The notes under the pieces: generated by a model
What the model was told of the DNA's origin: nothing
Seen by the model: only the letters and a program-made list of their open reading frames with translations
Database searches by the model: none
Shown: positions 10,743 through 22,790 of the stretch, piece after piece
Layout: each line of letters opens with the position of its first letter
How positions within the stretch are numbered: the first letter of the stretch is position 1
Program-made: the position numbers and the translations under genes
Source: Fibrobacterales bacterium
GTDB lineage: Bacteria; Fibrobacterota; Fibrobacteria; Fibrobacterales; JAOPTW01
Assembly (NCBI GenBank): GCA_051532055.1
Contig: JAOPTX010000007.1
Span: 200,440-264,439 of the forward strand
Reading direction: 5' to 3'
DNA: 64,000 bases

Positions 10743-10755
10743 GTACCTGCACTTT

Positions 10756-11754
10756 ATGATCGTCAATACAACATTTACTAATCGAGTTTATCAACACCAC
10801 CGTGGACTCTCCTTTGTCGAGATGCTCACCCTCCGTTTTACCTATCGAGATCGCGAATCATGGCTCGCACTGATACATGACGAAATCGTTCTTCTCAATA
10901 ACATACCTACCTCTCCCGACGCTATCGTTGCAACCGACGACTCGATCACCTACATTGTAAAAGACTACAATGAACCTGACGTCCCCACTGATTATGAAAA
11001 AATTTATGAAAATAATGATGTTGTACTTGTATGCAAGCCGCCGCAAGTACCCGTTCAACAAACCGGACGTATTATCTATAATACCATGACTAATATATTG
11101 AGAAGGGATTTATCTAACAATGCAATTGTTCCCTTTCATCGCATAGATAGAGAAACCAGTGGCCTTATTCTTTTTGCCAAAAACAACCCTTTTTGTAAAG
11201 CACATCAAAAACATTTGAGTTCAATTCTCCACCGAAAATTTTATCTTGCCCTTGTTTCTGGCTCTATTAACTACACTCATGAAAATATTTCACTTCCCCT
11301 GGGAATGCGTACCGATTCACCTATTCGCACCAAGATGTATCCCAATAGCGGCAAACAACAGATATCAGAAAGCACCTTTCACACCATTGCTCAATCTGAT
11401 ACCCACTCGTTACTTCTCGTTGAAATTAAGACAGGGAGAAAGCATCAAATCAGAGCACAATGTGAATATCTTGGGCATTCTATAATTGGTGATAAAATAT
11501 ATTCACACAATGGATCGTACTATCTCAATTATGTAAATCGTGACTTAGAACAAGACGAGATAGAGACCCTGGGAAGTAGCAGACTCTTACTCCATTCATT
11601 TGCACTCGATCTCCATCTACCTTATCTCGAACCACAACTTTTCACCTCTACTAAAACCTGCAGTGAATTTGAAAAGTACTGTGATTCATTTAATAACTGG
11701 AAAGAGATCGCAACACAACGAGTCTTAGAGTTGTGTTCAGATAACGAGTGTTGA
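10756..11754 (+). CDS. RluA-family pseudouridine synthase
   Basis: KPPQVPV, HRIDRETSG catalytic Asp motif, TGRKHQIR, IIGDKIY, LLLHS. Confidence 0.9.
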   Translation: MIVNTTFTNRVYQHHRGLSFVEMLTLRFTYRDRESWLALIHDEIVLLNNIPTSPDAIVATDDSITYIVKDYNEPDVPTDYEKIYENNDVVLVCKPPQVPVQQTGRIIYNTMTNILRRDLSNNAIVPFHRIDRETSGLILFAKNNPFCKAHQKHLSSILHRKFYLALVSGSINYTHENISLPLGMRTDSPIRTKMYPNSGKQQISESTFHTIAQSDTHSLLLVEIKTGRKHQIRAQCEYLGHSIIGDKIYSHNGSYYLNYVNRDLEQDEIETLGSSRLLLHSFALDLHLPYLEPQLFTSTKTCSEFEKYCDSFNNWKEIATQRVLELCSDNEC

Positions 11755-11755
11755 T

Positions 11756-13588
11756 CTATTTTTTAAAATTGCCTTCATCTGTTATGAGATAATACCCCGG
11801 CTCATCAATCTCAATTGATTGAACGTCACCCTTATCAAATTGATAACCACGCATTTTTACCGATTCAGGTGCAATAGCACATTCTGAGTCAGAAAGAGAA
11901 CGTATTGAATACCCATTATTTGAAATAGTCAAATCTTTTATCTCAACCTCAGCGCCTTCTACTGCGCGCACTACTAACGCCGCACCACTCTCAATTGTTA
12001 CATTATCAAGCGTCACTCCACTTCCCTCGACCACGAGGGTTGCATCCGAAGCGATAGTACACTGCTTAAACTTTTTAACAACCTCACTGACGGAAAGTGC
12101 AGTAGACGGTTTAATAACAACTTGTGGCCCCTGATAAGGAAGCCCTAAAAACAGTTGCACCATGCCCTTCTCCGCTGAGGAGCCAGCAAAGCGAAGTTTT
12201 TCACTGTTGCCTACATAATAATCACGTTCTGCAGTTGAAGCACATTCTGGATTACTCCCTCCATCAAACTTAGCTGCAGCGTCTTGTGCATTATTTTTAT
12301 TACCACTAAAACTCCACGCTCTATCAAAAAGAGTCACACCAGCTTTGTGCTGGGGTTCAAGTAACTTAGGATAATCTTGCATCATAGTTTCGAGACGCGT
12401 AGGCTTTTTAAAAGTCTCTTTTGACGCATCTGCATATTTAGGATTTACAAATTCTGCAATAATGCCTTGAGACTTATCAAGGATTTCAATATAACTCGAA
12501 AGCTTAATAATAAGTGCATTGGTATTACCCGGATACAGAGACAATCCATTTTCATCTGCTACATCGCCTTCTGGGCTAATAGTAGCTCTCAAAAGGGGGT
12601 CAAGTTGATTGTACTCAACATTAAGAGAAAGTGAGTGGTCGCCTTTTACCAATTTAGTTAATGCACCAACAGCCTCTCCAGGAATCCTTGTTGCCCCAGC
12701 GATATTAAAATCATAATCATGCTTTATTGAGGCGCCTAAAAAAGCAGGTGCCGCATTCATTATTTGACCATTGGTATCTTGAATAAAGAGGAGATACTCT
12801 GTCCCTCCTCCATGGAGTTTCTTTGCCAGACCACTACTGTGAATGAGCATATGTACATCACCATGACCATGAGGCTTCATATCAAGGTCATACCGCTCAT
12901 TCAACGCAAGACCCCCATCATTATTTACAATGGCAGGGACAAGTTCTTGCATGAGCAAATGTATCTGTTCCTGCTTAAGGCCAAAATAATTATGTCGTTC
13001 TAACGATGCGACAGTCTGTTCATGAGTATCTTTTGAAGTCATGATTATAAAAGGTATTGAACACACCTCTACAGAACGTTGTTCCATTGCTTTAATCGTT
13101 TCACAATAATACTGGAGATACGTCTGACCCGTGATTCCCTCAAAAGGAATATCAATCTTAATTCCACCGTATCCTAAGCGCTCTCCAAGACCTCCAGCAA
13201 CCAGCACAAAGCCCACTTTATCATATGCCGATTCAGCATATGATTCATATTCAAGATATGTCTCATTAAGTTCTCTAAGATCTACTCCATCAGGTTTTTC
13301 GGGTACATACCCTTCAAATGGGTTTGCACCACTTTTAGATGCGGCCAATAATCGCTGAGCATTAGCAATATACTGAGTAAGGCCACCTGAATATGAGCCA
13401 TTAACTCGTACCAATGTCTGTATAAAAGCTTTTTTCTTGTCGTCGCTTATACCCAAATCATCCCAATCGGAAAAAAGGTGCACATTGCTATTACTACAAA
13501 GAAAAGCGATCAAATCCAACTCACTCTTGCTAAAGAGTGAAGCGTTAGTACCAAGTACCGTTGTAGCAATAGTGTTGTCTGACGACAT
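11756..13588 (-). CDS. UDP-sugar pyrophosphorylase (eukaryote-type USP, UDPGP family)
   Basis: FVLVAGGLGERLGY, KPHGHGDVH, NVEYNQLDPLLR, EFVNPKY, TRLETMMQDYP. SD (GAGGA) precedes the ATG at 13588. Confidence 0.85.
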   Translation of the reverse strand: MSSDNTIATTVLGTNASLFSKSELDLIAFLCSNSNVHLFSDWDDLGISDDKKKAFIQTLVRVNGSYSGGLTQYIANAQRLLAASKSGANPFEGYVPEKPDGVDLRELNETYLEYESYAESAYDKVGFVLVAGGLGERLGYGGIKIDIPFEGITGQTYLQYYCETIKAMEQRSVEVCSIPFIIMTSKDTHEQTVASLERHNYFGLKQEQIHLLMQELVPAIVNNDGGLALNERYDLDMKPHGHGDVHMLIHSSGLAKKLHGGGTEYLLFIQDTNGQIMNAAPAFLGASIKHDYDFNIAGATRIPGEAVGALTKLVKGDHSLSLNVEYNQLDPLLRATISPEGDVADENGLSLYPGNTNALIIKLSSYIEILDKSQGIIAEFVNPKYADASKETFKKPTRLETMMQDYPKLLEPQHKAGVTLFDRAWSFSGNKNNAQDAAAKFDGGSNPECASTAERDYYVGNSEKLRFAGSSAEKGMVQLFLGLPYQGPQVVIKPSTALSVSEVVKKFKQCTIASDATLVVEGSGVTLDNVTIESGAALVVRAVEGAEVEIKDLTISNNGYSIRSLSDSECAIAPESVKMRGYQFDKGDVQSIEIDEPGYYLITDEGNFKK

Positions 13589-13773
13589 AAGGTTCCTCAC
13601 TACTCAAAATGAGCTTCTGGGACTGTATATTAGCGAATAGGAGAAATATAGTTCTCCTCACTCCAAGAGACAAGAAGAGTTGCCGATGAAAAGGACTTTT
13701 TACAATGAGAATTACAGAGTTTGGCTTCCTGGAAACGTGTAAACAACTAATAATATTAAAAAAGTCCAATCAA

Positions 13774-14262
13774 CTACTTCATAAGCGTATCTACTGCACC
13801 GAGAAGCTTTTTCTTATCATCATCTTCAAAACCTTCAACTTTGAGTACCAGCTCACCCTTTGCATCAAAAATAAAGATCGAGGGAAGTGAAAACACCTCA
13901 AGCTCTTCTGCTAACCGGCTTCCTTGCCCTGCAAGAAGAGTCGGGTATTCAATATTATTTTTGATCATATAACTGATCACTTTATTACGTCTCTTTTTCT
14001 CAGTATTAATACCAATTGCCGCAAACGCTTTATTCTCATACTTTTTCTGTAATTCGTTGAGCACAGGAATCACTTTTTTACAGCTCAAACACCATGTTGC
14101 CCAGAAGTCAATTATTAAAACCTTCCCCTCAAACTCCTTTGAAGAGACCACCATATCATCAATATCCTTAAAGGCAAACTTCGGCATCATCTGCTTCTCT
14201 TGAGCAGACAAAGAGGTCCCTATAAAGAGACAAAACAATAGAACTATTTTAATCACCGACAA
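13774..14262 (-). CDS. TlpA-family disulfide reductase
   Basis: Signal peptide, IDFWATWCLSC, SLPSIFIFD. Confidence 0.88.
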   Translation of the reverse strand: MSVIKIVLLFCLFIGTSLSAQEKQMMPKFAFKDIDDMVVSSKEFEGKVLIIDFWATWCLSCKKVIPVLNELQKKYENKAFAAIGINTEKKRRNKVISYMIKNNIEYPTLLAGQGSRLAEELEVFSLPSIFIFDAKGELVLKVEGFEDDDKKKLLGAVDTLMK

Positions 14263-14511
14263 CTCCTTAATCGATAAAATTCAACCTCAATAATATATAC
14301 TCTATTGCTATTTCTCATTCATAAAGAATTACATATATTGCTGATTTTGGGTACAAAAACGAACTTGTTACAGCTTGTAATATTAACAAAGCCTAATAGT
14401 CATTTCTCTTTTATTACCTGATAATTAGGGCAATATTACTATTATAGGGGTTAACGTGATATTCAGGGAGTCTGACTCTCCCGACAGAGTGTAAAGGGTT
14501 AAAATTTATCA

Positions 14512-15783
14512 ATGAATGTTACTCCCGAAAGACATACATGTATTCTTGGTATGAATCATTCAACCGCATCAATTGATAAGCGGGACAGTCTCCTTTTTGC
14601 CCAAGGTGAACGTTCAGAAGTACTCGACCGATTTGCCTCAATTACCGGGGTAAAAGAGGTCATCCTCATATCCACGTGTAATAGAACTGAAGTCTATGTA
14701 ATAGTAGACCGCGACCCAAACCTACTCTATGAACGTTTTCTCAACTGTTGGCTCGATTTCAAATCCCTTGATCGCACCATTTTTGAAGAGTGTTACTATT
14801 TTCATGCACACGAAAAAGCTATTGAGCACCTCTTTAGAGTTGCCTGTTCACTGGATAGCCTTATTGTAGGTGAAGTACAAATTCTTGGCCAAATCAAACA
14901 AGCCTACCACTTTTCAAAAGCTGAGAAAACCACTGACCTTTACCTTAATCGTCTCTTCCAGGAAGCTATTAAAATCGGTAAACGAGCAAGAACTGAGACC
15001 GGAATCAGCAAAGGTGCCGTATCTATAAGTTACGCCGCTGTTGAACTTCTCCGTAAAAAAATACCGCAATTAAGTTCATCACGAGTCGGTATTATTGGTA
15101 CAGGCAAAATGGGTGAACTCTCTGTGAAGTCACTCATTGACAATGGAGTTACCTCCATGCATTTTATCAATAGAACATACTCCAGGGCAGAAGAAATGGC
15201 CGAAGTATACAATGGCCATGCATGGCCATTAGAAGACCTTACAAAAGCTATAAAACACCTCGACATTGTCATTAGTAGCGTCGGTTCCAAAGAGCCGATT
15301 ATTACAAATGAAACTATTACCGCAGCCAATCCAGATAAAGAACTGATTATTGTTGATATCGCTGCACCACGAAACGTTGCTGCAACTGTCAACGACCTTG
15401 ATGGCATTTCTGTCTATGACATCGATGACCTCAAACTCATAGTTGATGAAAACATTGGCAAACGTCAAACTGAAATCGACCAAGTCGAAGTAATCATCCA
15501 AGAAGAGCTTGAAGGCTTCTATGCCTGGTATAGTGCTCAAGAGATTGTTCCTGTTCTTAAAGCAATGCGCCTCCACATTCAGGATATCGCCCACAACGAA
15601 CTCAAATCACTCGAGAATCAACTCGACGACAAAGAGTACGATGCTGTCAAACAGGCAATCCACACCCTCACCAACAAAATCCTCCACACTCCTTCCCGCG
15701 CTCTCAAGCAGATGTGCACCGAAGGCCGCACCGAAGAAGCGGCACGCTACGCCAAAGAACTCTTCGGCCTCAAAGTAGACTAA
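14512..15783 (+). CDS. hemA: Glutamyl-tRNA reductase
   Basis: STCNRTE, SLDSLIVGEVQILGQ, GTGKMG, DIAAPRNV. Confidence 0.95.
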   Translation: MNVTPERHTCILGMNHSTASIDKRDSLLFAQGERSEVLDRFASITGVKEVILISTCNRTEVYVIVDRDPNLLYERFLNCWLDFKSLDRTIFEECYYFHAHEKAIEHLFRVACSLDSLIVGEVQILGQIKQAYHFSKAEKTTDLYLNRLFQEAIKIGKRARTETGISKGAVSISYAAVELLRKKIPQLSSSRVGIIGTGKMGELSVKSLIDNGVTSMHFINRTYSRAEEMAEVYNGHAWPLEDLTKAIKHLDIVISSVGSKEPIITNETITAANPDKELIIVDIAAPRNVAATVNDLDGISVYDIDDLKLIVDENIGKRQTEIDQVEVIIQEELEGFYAWYSAQEIVPVLKAMRLHIQDIAHNELKSLENQLDDKEYDAVKQAIHTLTNKILHTPSRALKQMCTEGRTEEAARYAKELFGLKVD

Positions 15784-15962
15784 ATAAAAAATTGAGAATA
15801 CAAAATTTTACTTAAATAGAAAAAGTGAAATTTTCAAATAGCATTTCCAACAAATATTTCAATCTTTAGACAAGATATCGCCCAAGTAAGCAAAGCGATA
15901 AAAACCGAGCTATTCTCGGAAGTATGCTGAAAATCAGACAAAGAATTATATCTGAATTCACT

Positions 15963-16077
15963 CATGCCTCGAAGGATAAGAGGGAATTCAGATGAGGCGT
16001 TTTGTTTGAATGCGTACACTAGTACGTCGAAGGCAAAAGAACGAAATATGAATCGCTCTTATCCTTCGAGGGCGATG
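15963..16077. mobile_element. ERIC/IRU-like miniature inverted-repeat element, copy 2 (overlaps thiH 3' end)
   Basis: IR arms cctcgaaggataagag / ctcttatccttcgagg around an AGGCG...GCGTAC-acta-GTACGTC...AACG core. Confidence 0.6.
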
Positions 16078-17183
16078 TCCCAGTCCTTCCAAACTACATC
16101 ATACCCTTGCGATTTGATAACACTCTCTATCTCAGCAGGAGTCCGCTCATCAGAAATAGAGAACTGTTCAACTGCCTCCTCATCAAGAGCATAGCCACCT
16201 GGATCTGTTTTAGAACCCGCACTAACTGTGGTAACACCAAGCTTAAAGGTATTATCTCTAAAGAAGGGCTTTTCTCGTGTAGACATTGAGAGTTCTACAT
16301 CTTCATTAAAGATCCGATAGGCACAAAGGAGCTGGAGAAATTGCCGATCATCAAGCTGTGATGCAGGAGATTGCAATCCTTCCGCTGGCCTCAATCTCGG
16401 AAACGAAAGCGAGTAACGGGTTCGCCAATATGTTTTCTCTAAGTAATCTAAATGAAGTGCAGTAAAAAACGAGTCAGTACGCCAATCTTTTTCGAGCCCA
16501 AGAAGTGCACCAATACCGATTTTTCTCACATGGGCACGCCCCAATCTATCAGGCGTATCAAGACGATACTCAAAATCTGTCTTTTTTCCCTTAAGATGAT
16601 AGAGTGAATAATTTTCTTTATGATAAGTTTCTTGATAGACCATTACCGCACTGACACCTAGTGCAATCAACTGTTCATACTCGCCCTGATCCATGGGTTG
16701 TACTTCAATTGATATATGTGAAAAGTACGGACGAATCAAACGAATCACATCTTTAAAGTAATCAACGCCTACTTTCTTTTTTGACTCACCGGTAACCAAA
16801 AGAACATGGTCGAAACCAAGGCTTTTAATGACTGAAACCTCTTGCATAATTTGATCATGATTCAAAGTCAGTCTATCCAATTTGTTATTACTACTAAAAC
16901 CACAGTACGAACAGGCATTACTACACTCATTTGAGAGATAAAGGGGAATATACATCTGTATGGTTTTCCCAAAGCGCTTTTGCGTCAATTTATTACTCAG
17001 TTGAGCCATCTGTTCAAGATACGGTGCTGCAGCTGGCGAAATAAGAGCCATAAAATCTTCAAGTGTTCCACGACCTGCACGAGACAACGCCCCTCGTACA
17101 TCTGCGTCACTTTTTGATTCAATTTTTTCTGTTACTGCATCCCAATCATACTGTGCATGGGTCTCTATAAATGATCTATTCAT
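16059..17183 (-). CDS. thiH: 2-iminoacetate synthase (radical SAM)
   Basis: CSNACSYCGF radical-SAM motif, YQETY, SAGSKTDPGGY, VWKDWD. Confidence 0.93.
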   Translation of the reverse strand: MNRSFIETHAQYDWDAVTEKIESKSDADVRGALSRAGRGTLEDFMALISPAAAPYLEQMAQLSNKLTQKRFGKTIQMYIPLYLSNECSNACSYCGFSSNNKLDRLTLNHDQIMQEVSVIKSLGFDHVLLVTGESKKKVGVDYFKDVIRLIRPYFSHISIEVQPMDQGEYEQLIALGVSAVMVYQETYHKENYSLYHLKGKKTDFEYRLDTPDRLGRAHVRKIGIGALLGLEKDWRTDSFFTALHLDYLEKTYWRTRYSLSFPRLRPAEGLQSPASQLDDRQFLQLLCAYRIFNEDVELSMSTREKPFFRDNTFKLGVTTVSAGSKTDPGGYALDEEAVEQFSISDERTPAEIESVIKSQGYDVVWKDWDIALEG

Positions 17184-17217
17184 GTTCTCTCTCTAGCGAT
17201 TTTAGTAGTGACAATTC

Positions 17218-17997
17218 TTAACCTAAAAAACCTGTTAACGATTCCATTGGGCTGGTAGCATGGGCGACATCTTGAACTTCACCAAGACCAGCTTCATAGG
17301 CAGTACGCCCTGCTTCAATTGCCAAAGCAAAAGCGCGGCCCATCTTAACAGGGTCGCTCGCAACAGCTATAGCGGTATTAACCAAACATGCATCTGCACC
17401 CATCTCCATCGCCTCTGCAGCATGAGAAGGGGCACCAATTCCTGCGTCCACAATAACGGGTACTCTACTCTGTTCTATAATAATTTTCAAAAATTCTTTT
17501 GATGCAAGGCCTTTATTAGTACCAATAGGTGCACCGAGGGGCATTACTGCTTGAGCCCCCACCTCTTCGAGTCGTTTTGCAAGGACAGGGTCGGCATGCA
17601 TATAGGGAAGTACAATAAACCCCTCTTTTACCAATTGCTCTGTCGCAATAAGGGTCTCTACCGGATCGGGCATGAGGTATTTAGGATCAGGATGTATTTC
17701 AAGTTTAATCCAGTTAGTCTCAAGAGCTTCTCTTGCAAGCTTCGCTGAGAAAAGTGCCTCTTTCGCATTCCTGACCCCTGATGTATTAGGGAGAAGGTTG
17801 AATTGAGGATGCTTGATTAAATGTTCCAAGATCGGGTCTTTTTTACCTTGTACATCAACGCGTTTTAGGGCAACGGTAACGAGCTCCGACCCACTTGCTA
17901 ATAGGGCTTCTTCCATGTTCTCTGCACTACTAAACTTACCAGTTCCGGTAAAAAGCCTTGATTGTAATGTCTTATTTCCAATATATAATGGTTCCAT
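17218..17997 (-). CDS. thiG: Thiazole synthase
   Basis: [42 protein letters not shown] precedes the ATG at 17997. Confidence 0.95.
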   Translation of the reverse strand: MEPLYIGNKTLQSRLFTGTGKFSSAENMEEALLASGSELVTVALKRVDVQGKKDPILEHLIKHPQFNLLPNTSGVRNAKEALFSAKLAREALETNWIKLEIHPDPKYLMPDPVETLIATEQLVKEGFIVLPYMHADPVLAKRLEEVGAQAVMPLGAPIGTNKGLASKEFLKIIIEQSRVPVIVDAGIGAPSHAAEAMEMGADACLVNTAIAVASDPVKMGRAFALAIEAGRTAYEAGLGEVQDVAHATSPMESLTGFLG

Positions 17998-18066
17998 TGT
18001 ATAACCTCCGGTTACTTGAACATTTAAAAAATTAAGGGTCGAGCAATTGCACATCCCTCACATATT

Positions 18067-18687
18067 TTATTGATCAACCTTCTTAATAATTTCTTTCATA
18101 ATTCCCACTCTATCTTCTGCGGTATTGACTACTGAACAGAGTGCAAATCCATAAGCGCCTGTTGCCAATACATCAGAAATGTCATCAGGAACAATTCCGC
18201 CAATAGCTATAACCGGTATTTCCGGTAGTGCCCAAGCAATTTCTTTGACACCTTCTGCACCCATCACTGGGGCAAGGTTCTCTTTTGTTGTCGTAAATTT
18301 ATAAGGGCCAATACCCAAATAATCAATATCAAATTCAGCCATCGCTTTAGCATCTGCTAAAGAATTTGCTGTTGCCCCAATAATTGCATGAGGCCCAAGC
18401 TCATTTCGAGCAAGGTCGGGGCGCATATCGTTTTTACCAATATGCACTCCATCAGCACCTATCTCTTTTGCGAGAGGGACATTATCATTGATTATAAAGG
18501 TTGCACCGTATTTTTTACAGACCACCTGAACTGCCAAAGCTGTTTCAGTCTGTTCTGACTCAGGTACTTTTTTCATACGGATCTGTACCCAAGTTGCCCC
18601 ACCTTTACACGCCTCTTCTGCTAGAGCTGCATGGGTCATGCCAACTATTCCGTCTTGAGTTAGGTAGTGTACTTTTGCTATTTCCAT
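18067..18687 (-). CDS. thiE: Thiamine-phosphate synthase
   Basis: VQIRMK, FIINDN, GVHIGKND, TTTK, AIGGI. Confidence 0.9.
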   Translation of the reverse strand: MEIAKVHYLTQDGIVGMTHAALAEEACKGGATWVQIRMKKVPESEQTETALAVQVVCKKYGATFIINDNVPLAKEIGADGVHIGKNDMRPDLARNELGPHAIIGATANSLADAKAMAEFDIDYLGIGPYKFTTTKENLAPVMGAEGVKEIAWALPEIPVIAIGGIVPDDISDVLATGAYGFALCSVVNTAEDRVGIMKEIIKKVDQ

Positions 18688-19436
18688 TTATGATACCCCA
18701 ACATACTTTCATTTGAAGCAAGGAGTTCTTCAACATACTCCTTGGCCATTTTACATGCATCATTTAATTCTGCGCCCAGTGCAAGATGTGCCAATACTGC
18801 TGAAGAGTAGACACACCCCGAACCATGTTTCGGACTCAGCTTTTCGCCACTGCCAGAAATTTGATATATCTGCTCTAACCGAATCAATCGGTCACAATAA
18901 TTATCACTTTCTATATGCCCCCCTTTCAGGAGAACATTCGTGTGTTTACTTAACTCTTTGGCATACCCAAGGGCATCACTCCCTGCAATATGTTCCATCT
19001 CAGTCCAATTTGGAGTAATAGCATACAGGGATTTGCAAGTGGACTCTAAAGCCCCTTTATGAAAAGCAGAATGTATTTCAAAACCAGCACTCGCTTTAAT
19101 TATCGGATCCCAAATGATATGCACTCGTGGATTTTTTTCGTACAAGTGGTCAATTATGAGATTCAATACTTCAATATTTTGTACTAACCCAATTTTTACA
19201 TACTCAAAAGCGAAGTCCAACACATCTATTTGACGCTTAATTTCTTTTGAACTATACCAAGTCAAATCGTTAAACTCAGTATCGTTTTGATAGGTCATTG
19301 CAGTCACCACAGAAAAGCCATAGACACCATGTGCTTCATAGGTTTTTATATCAGCAAGTGCACCTGCGCCGCTAGAGGGGTCAAAACCCGCAATGGAAAG
19401 TACTTTAGGTCGATGTAAACCATTATATCGAGCCAC
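18678..19436 (-). CDS. thiD: Hydroxymethylpyrimidine/phosphomethylpyrimidine kinase
   Basis: IAGFDPSSGAG, TPNWTE, LLKGGH, HGSGC. Probable GTG start at 19436 after GGAGG. Confidence 0.88.
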   Translation of the reverse strand: MARYNGLHRPKVLSIAGFDPSSGAGALADIKTYEAHGVYGFSVVTAMTYQNDTEFNDLTWYSSKEIKRQIDVLDFAFEYVKIGLVQNIEVLNLIIDHLYEKNPRVHIIWDPIIKASAGFEIHSAFHKGALESTCKSLYAITPNWTEMEHIAGSDALGYAKELSKHTNVLLKGGHIESDNYCDRLIRLEQIYQISGSGEKLSPKHGSGCVYSSAVLAHLALGAELNDACKMAKEYVEELLASNESMLGYHKWK

Positions 19437-20010
19437 TAAGTACCTCCGCTGTATCAATTATTTTTGCCATCTCTGCTACCGGCTTTTTACTACCCCAAAG
19501 AGCGCCAAGCACTGCCGCACCTTTAAAGCCATACCCATAAACATCTTCAAGCCTTTCAACCGAAACACCACCAAGAGCATATACCTTTTTAAGATTTGGC
19601 TTACGAAGACACTCATCATTGAACTGCGCCTTATATCCCTCTTTTGATATACTATCAAAAATGGGACTTAAGAACATATAGTCTAACTCATTACCAAATT
19701 TTTCAATCTCTATGAGACTATGACAAGAACGGCTTAACGAGCGAACTGACTTCTTTAATGCAAAATTAGTCTGCTTGCTTTTAAGATGTACCCCACCAAA
19801 CAGTTCGGTAAAAGGCCAGTGCTTGAGGTCGTGTAACACCAATTTCTTACGGTACGATTTTTGAAATGACTCCAAAAAAGGTACCAACTGTTTTGGGGTC
19901 CAGTTCGGCTTTCGGATATGAAACTTATAGGCCCCAAGATCCAGCATCTCTTCAATTAAAGAGACTTCATTTTCAATTGTGGCGGGCGATGTTATTCCTA
20001 TTATATTCAT
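19423..20010 (-). CDS. ThiE/TenI-like paralog
   Basis: FHIRKP, SCHS, FLSPIFDSISK, YALGG; lies inside the thi operon. Confidence 0.8.
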   Translation of the reverse strand: MNIIGITSPATIENEVSLIEEMLDLGAYKFHIRKPNWTPKQLVPFLESFQKSYRKKLVLHDLKHWPFTELFGGVHLKSKQTNFALKKSVRSLSRSCHSLIEIEKFGNELDYMFLSPIFDSISKEGYKAQFNDECLRKPNLKKVYALGGVSVERLEDVYGYGFKGAAVLGALWGSKKPVAEMAKIIDTAEVLSGSI

Positions 20011-20042
20011 ATGGTATTGGCGCTTTCAAAACGAAATGCTAT

Positions 20043-20085
20043 AGATCTGGTTCTTAAAGCACAATGCACTCTAAGAGCCAGATCT
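20043..20085 (-). other. Intra-operon stem-loop after thiC
   Basis: agatctggttctta...taagagccagatct, a 14-bp stem with no U-tract on the coding strand. Confidence 0.55.
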
Positions 20086-20094
20086 TTTCAATTA

Positions 20095-21948
<1,854 letters not shown>

Positions 21949-21968
21949 TTATGGGTTTAAAATTCTGG

Positions 21969-22172
21969 TTATCCACCCTGTGTTGCTTGAATAAGCAATA
22001 CAGAATCACTCTCATTTAACTGAGCTGTTGCCCAGTCAGAGCGGGATATAATTTCTTCGTTCACCGCAATCGCCGTACCGTTAAGTGCATCAGCTCTATG
22101 TTCTTTGAGCAGATCAAGCACTGTAGCACCATCGGCTAGAGTATACGGATTTTCATTGAGTGAGATAATCAT
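21969..22172 (-). CDS. thiS: Sulfur carrier protein
   Basis: 67 aa, AIAVNEEII, C-terminal TQGG. Confidence 0.92.
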   Translation of the reverse strand: MIISLNENPYTLADGATVLDLLKEHRADALNGTAIAVNEEIISRSDWATAQLNESDSVLLIQATQGG

Positions 22173-22175
22173 TGT

Positions 22176-22257
22176 CCTCCCTTCGTCTTCATTACAAGCA
22201 TCAGGTTATAAGGGTCTGTTCTCAGCCATCTTGACAACGTCAGTAGGCACCCCTGGT
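22176..22257 (-). ncRNA. TPP riboswitch
   Basis: Minus strand reads AGGGGUGCC...GGCUGAGAACAGACCCUUAUAACCUGAUGCUUGUAAUGAAGACGAAGGGA, directly upstream of thiS. Confidence 0.9.
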
Positions 22258-22415
22258 TTTGATGGATAAAAGATAGTCAAACCCCACTGATTTTTCACCA
22301 GCTAAGCCACTTAGACCCCTAATTTACACGTTTGTGTATCAAAACACCCTTTTTAGCCTAAAACAGTAGAATGCTAGAAATGAACACCATTTCATACTAT
22401 CTTTGAGGCTTAATT

Positions 22416-22489
22416 GCTCTCGTGGCTTAGCTGGATAAAGCGTTGGCCTCCGAAGCCGAAGACCACAGGTTCGAATCCTGTCGGGAGCA
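22416..22489 (+). tRNA. tRNA-Arg(CCG), CCA not encoded
   Basis: Acceptor GCTCTCG/CGGGAGC, D-arm, anticodon loop CT-CCG-AA, T-arm ACAGG-TTCGAAT-CCTGT. Confidence 0.95.
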
Positions 22490-22494
22490 TTTAT

Positions 22495-22521
22495 AAAAGG
22501 TGTCCCAACGGGATGCCTTTT
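22495..22521 (+). terminator. Terminator after tRNA
   Basis: aaaaggtgtccc-aac-gggatgcctttt. Confidence 0.75.
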
Positions 22522-22759
22522 CTTATACACTCTTGTAGGAGAGAAACTGTATGATTCGATATAACTGCGAGCTAGTGAGTAGTTATCGCACGACCCAAAG
22601 GGCGTGTCCGAAAAATATACGCTTTTTCTATTATAGTTTTGAATGAAAGAAACTGAGAACTGGCGAGCAGCTTGGGCTTAACCATAGAAACATTTTTTAT
22701 TTTCAAATATTTATCCACCCTAACGAATACATTCTGACAACAAATACTTTAACTACAAC

Positions 22760-22790
22760 AAAAAAGGCCCCGGTTTTCACCAGAGCCTTT
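22760..22790 (-). terminator. Terminator after flgM
   Basis: Minus strand: aaaggctctggtgaaaaccggggcctttttt. Confidence 0.7.

Noticed and set aside
14360..14500. Palindromes upstream of hemA (ttaca-gct-tgtaa; gggag...ctccc)
   Set aside because: Short, in AT-rich DNA, and no convincing match to Fnr/Rex/Fur consensus.
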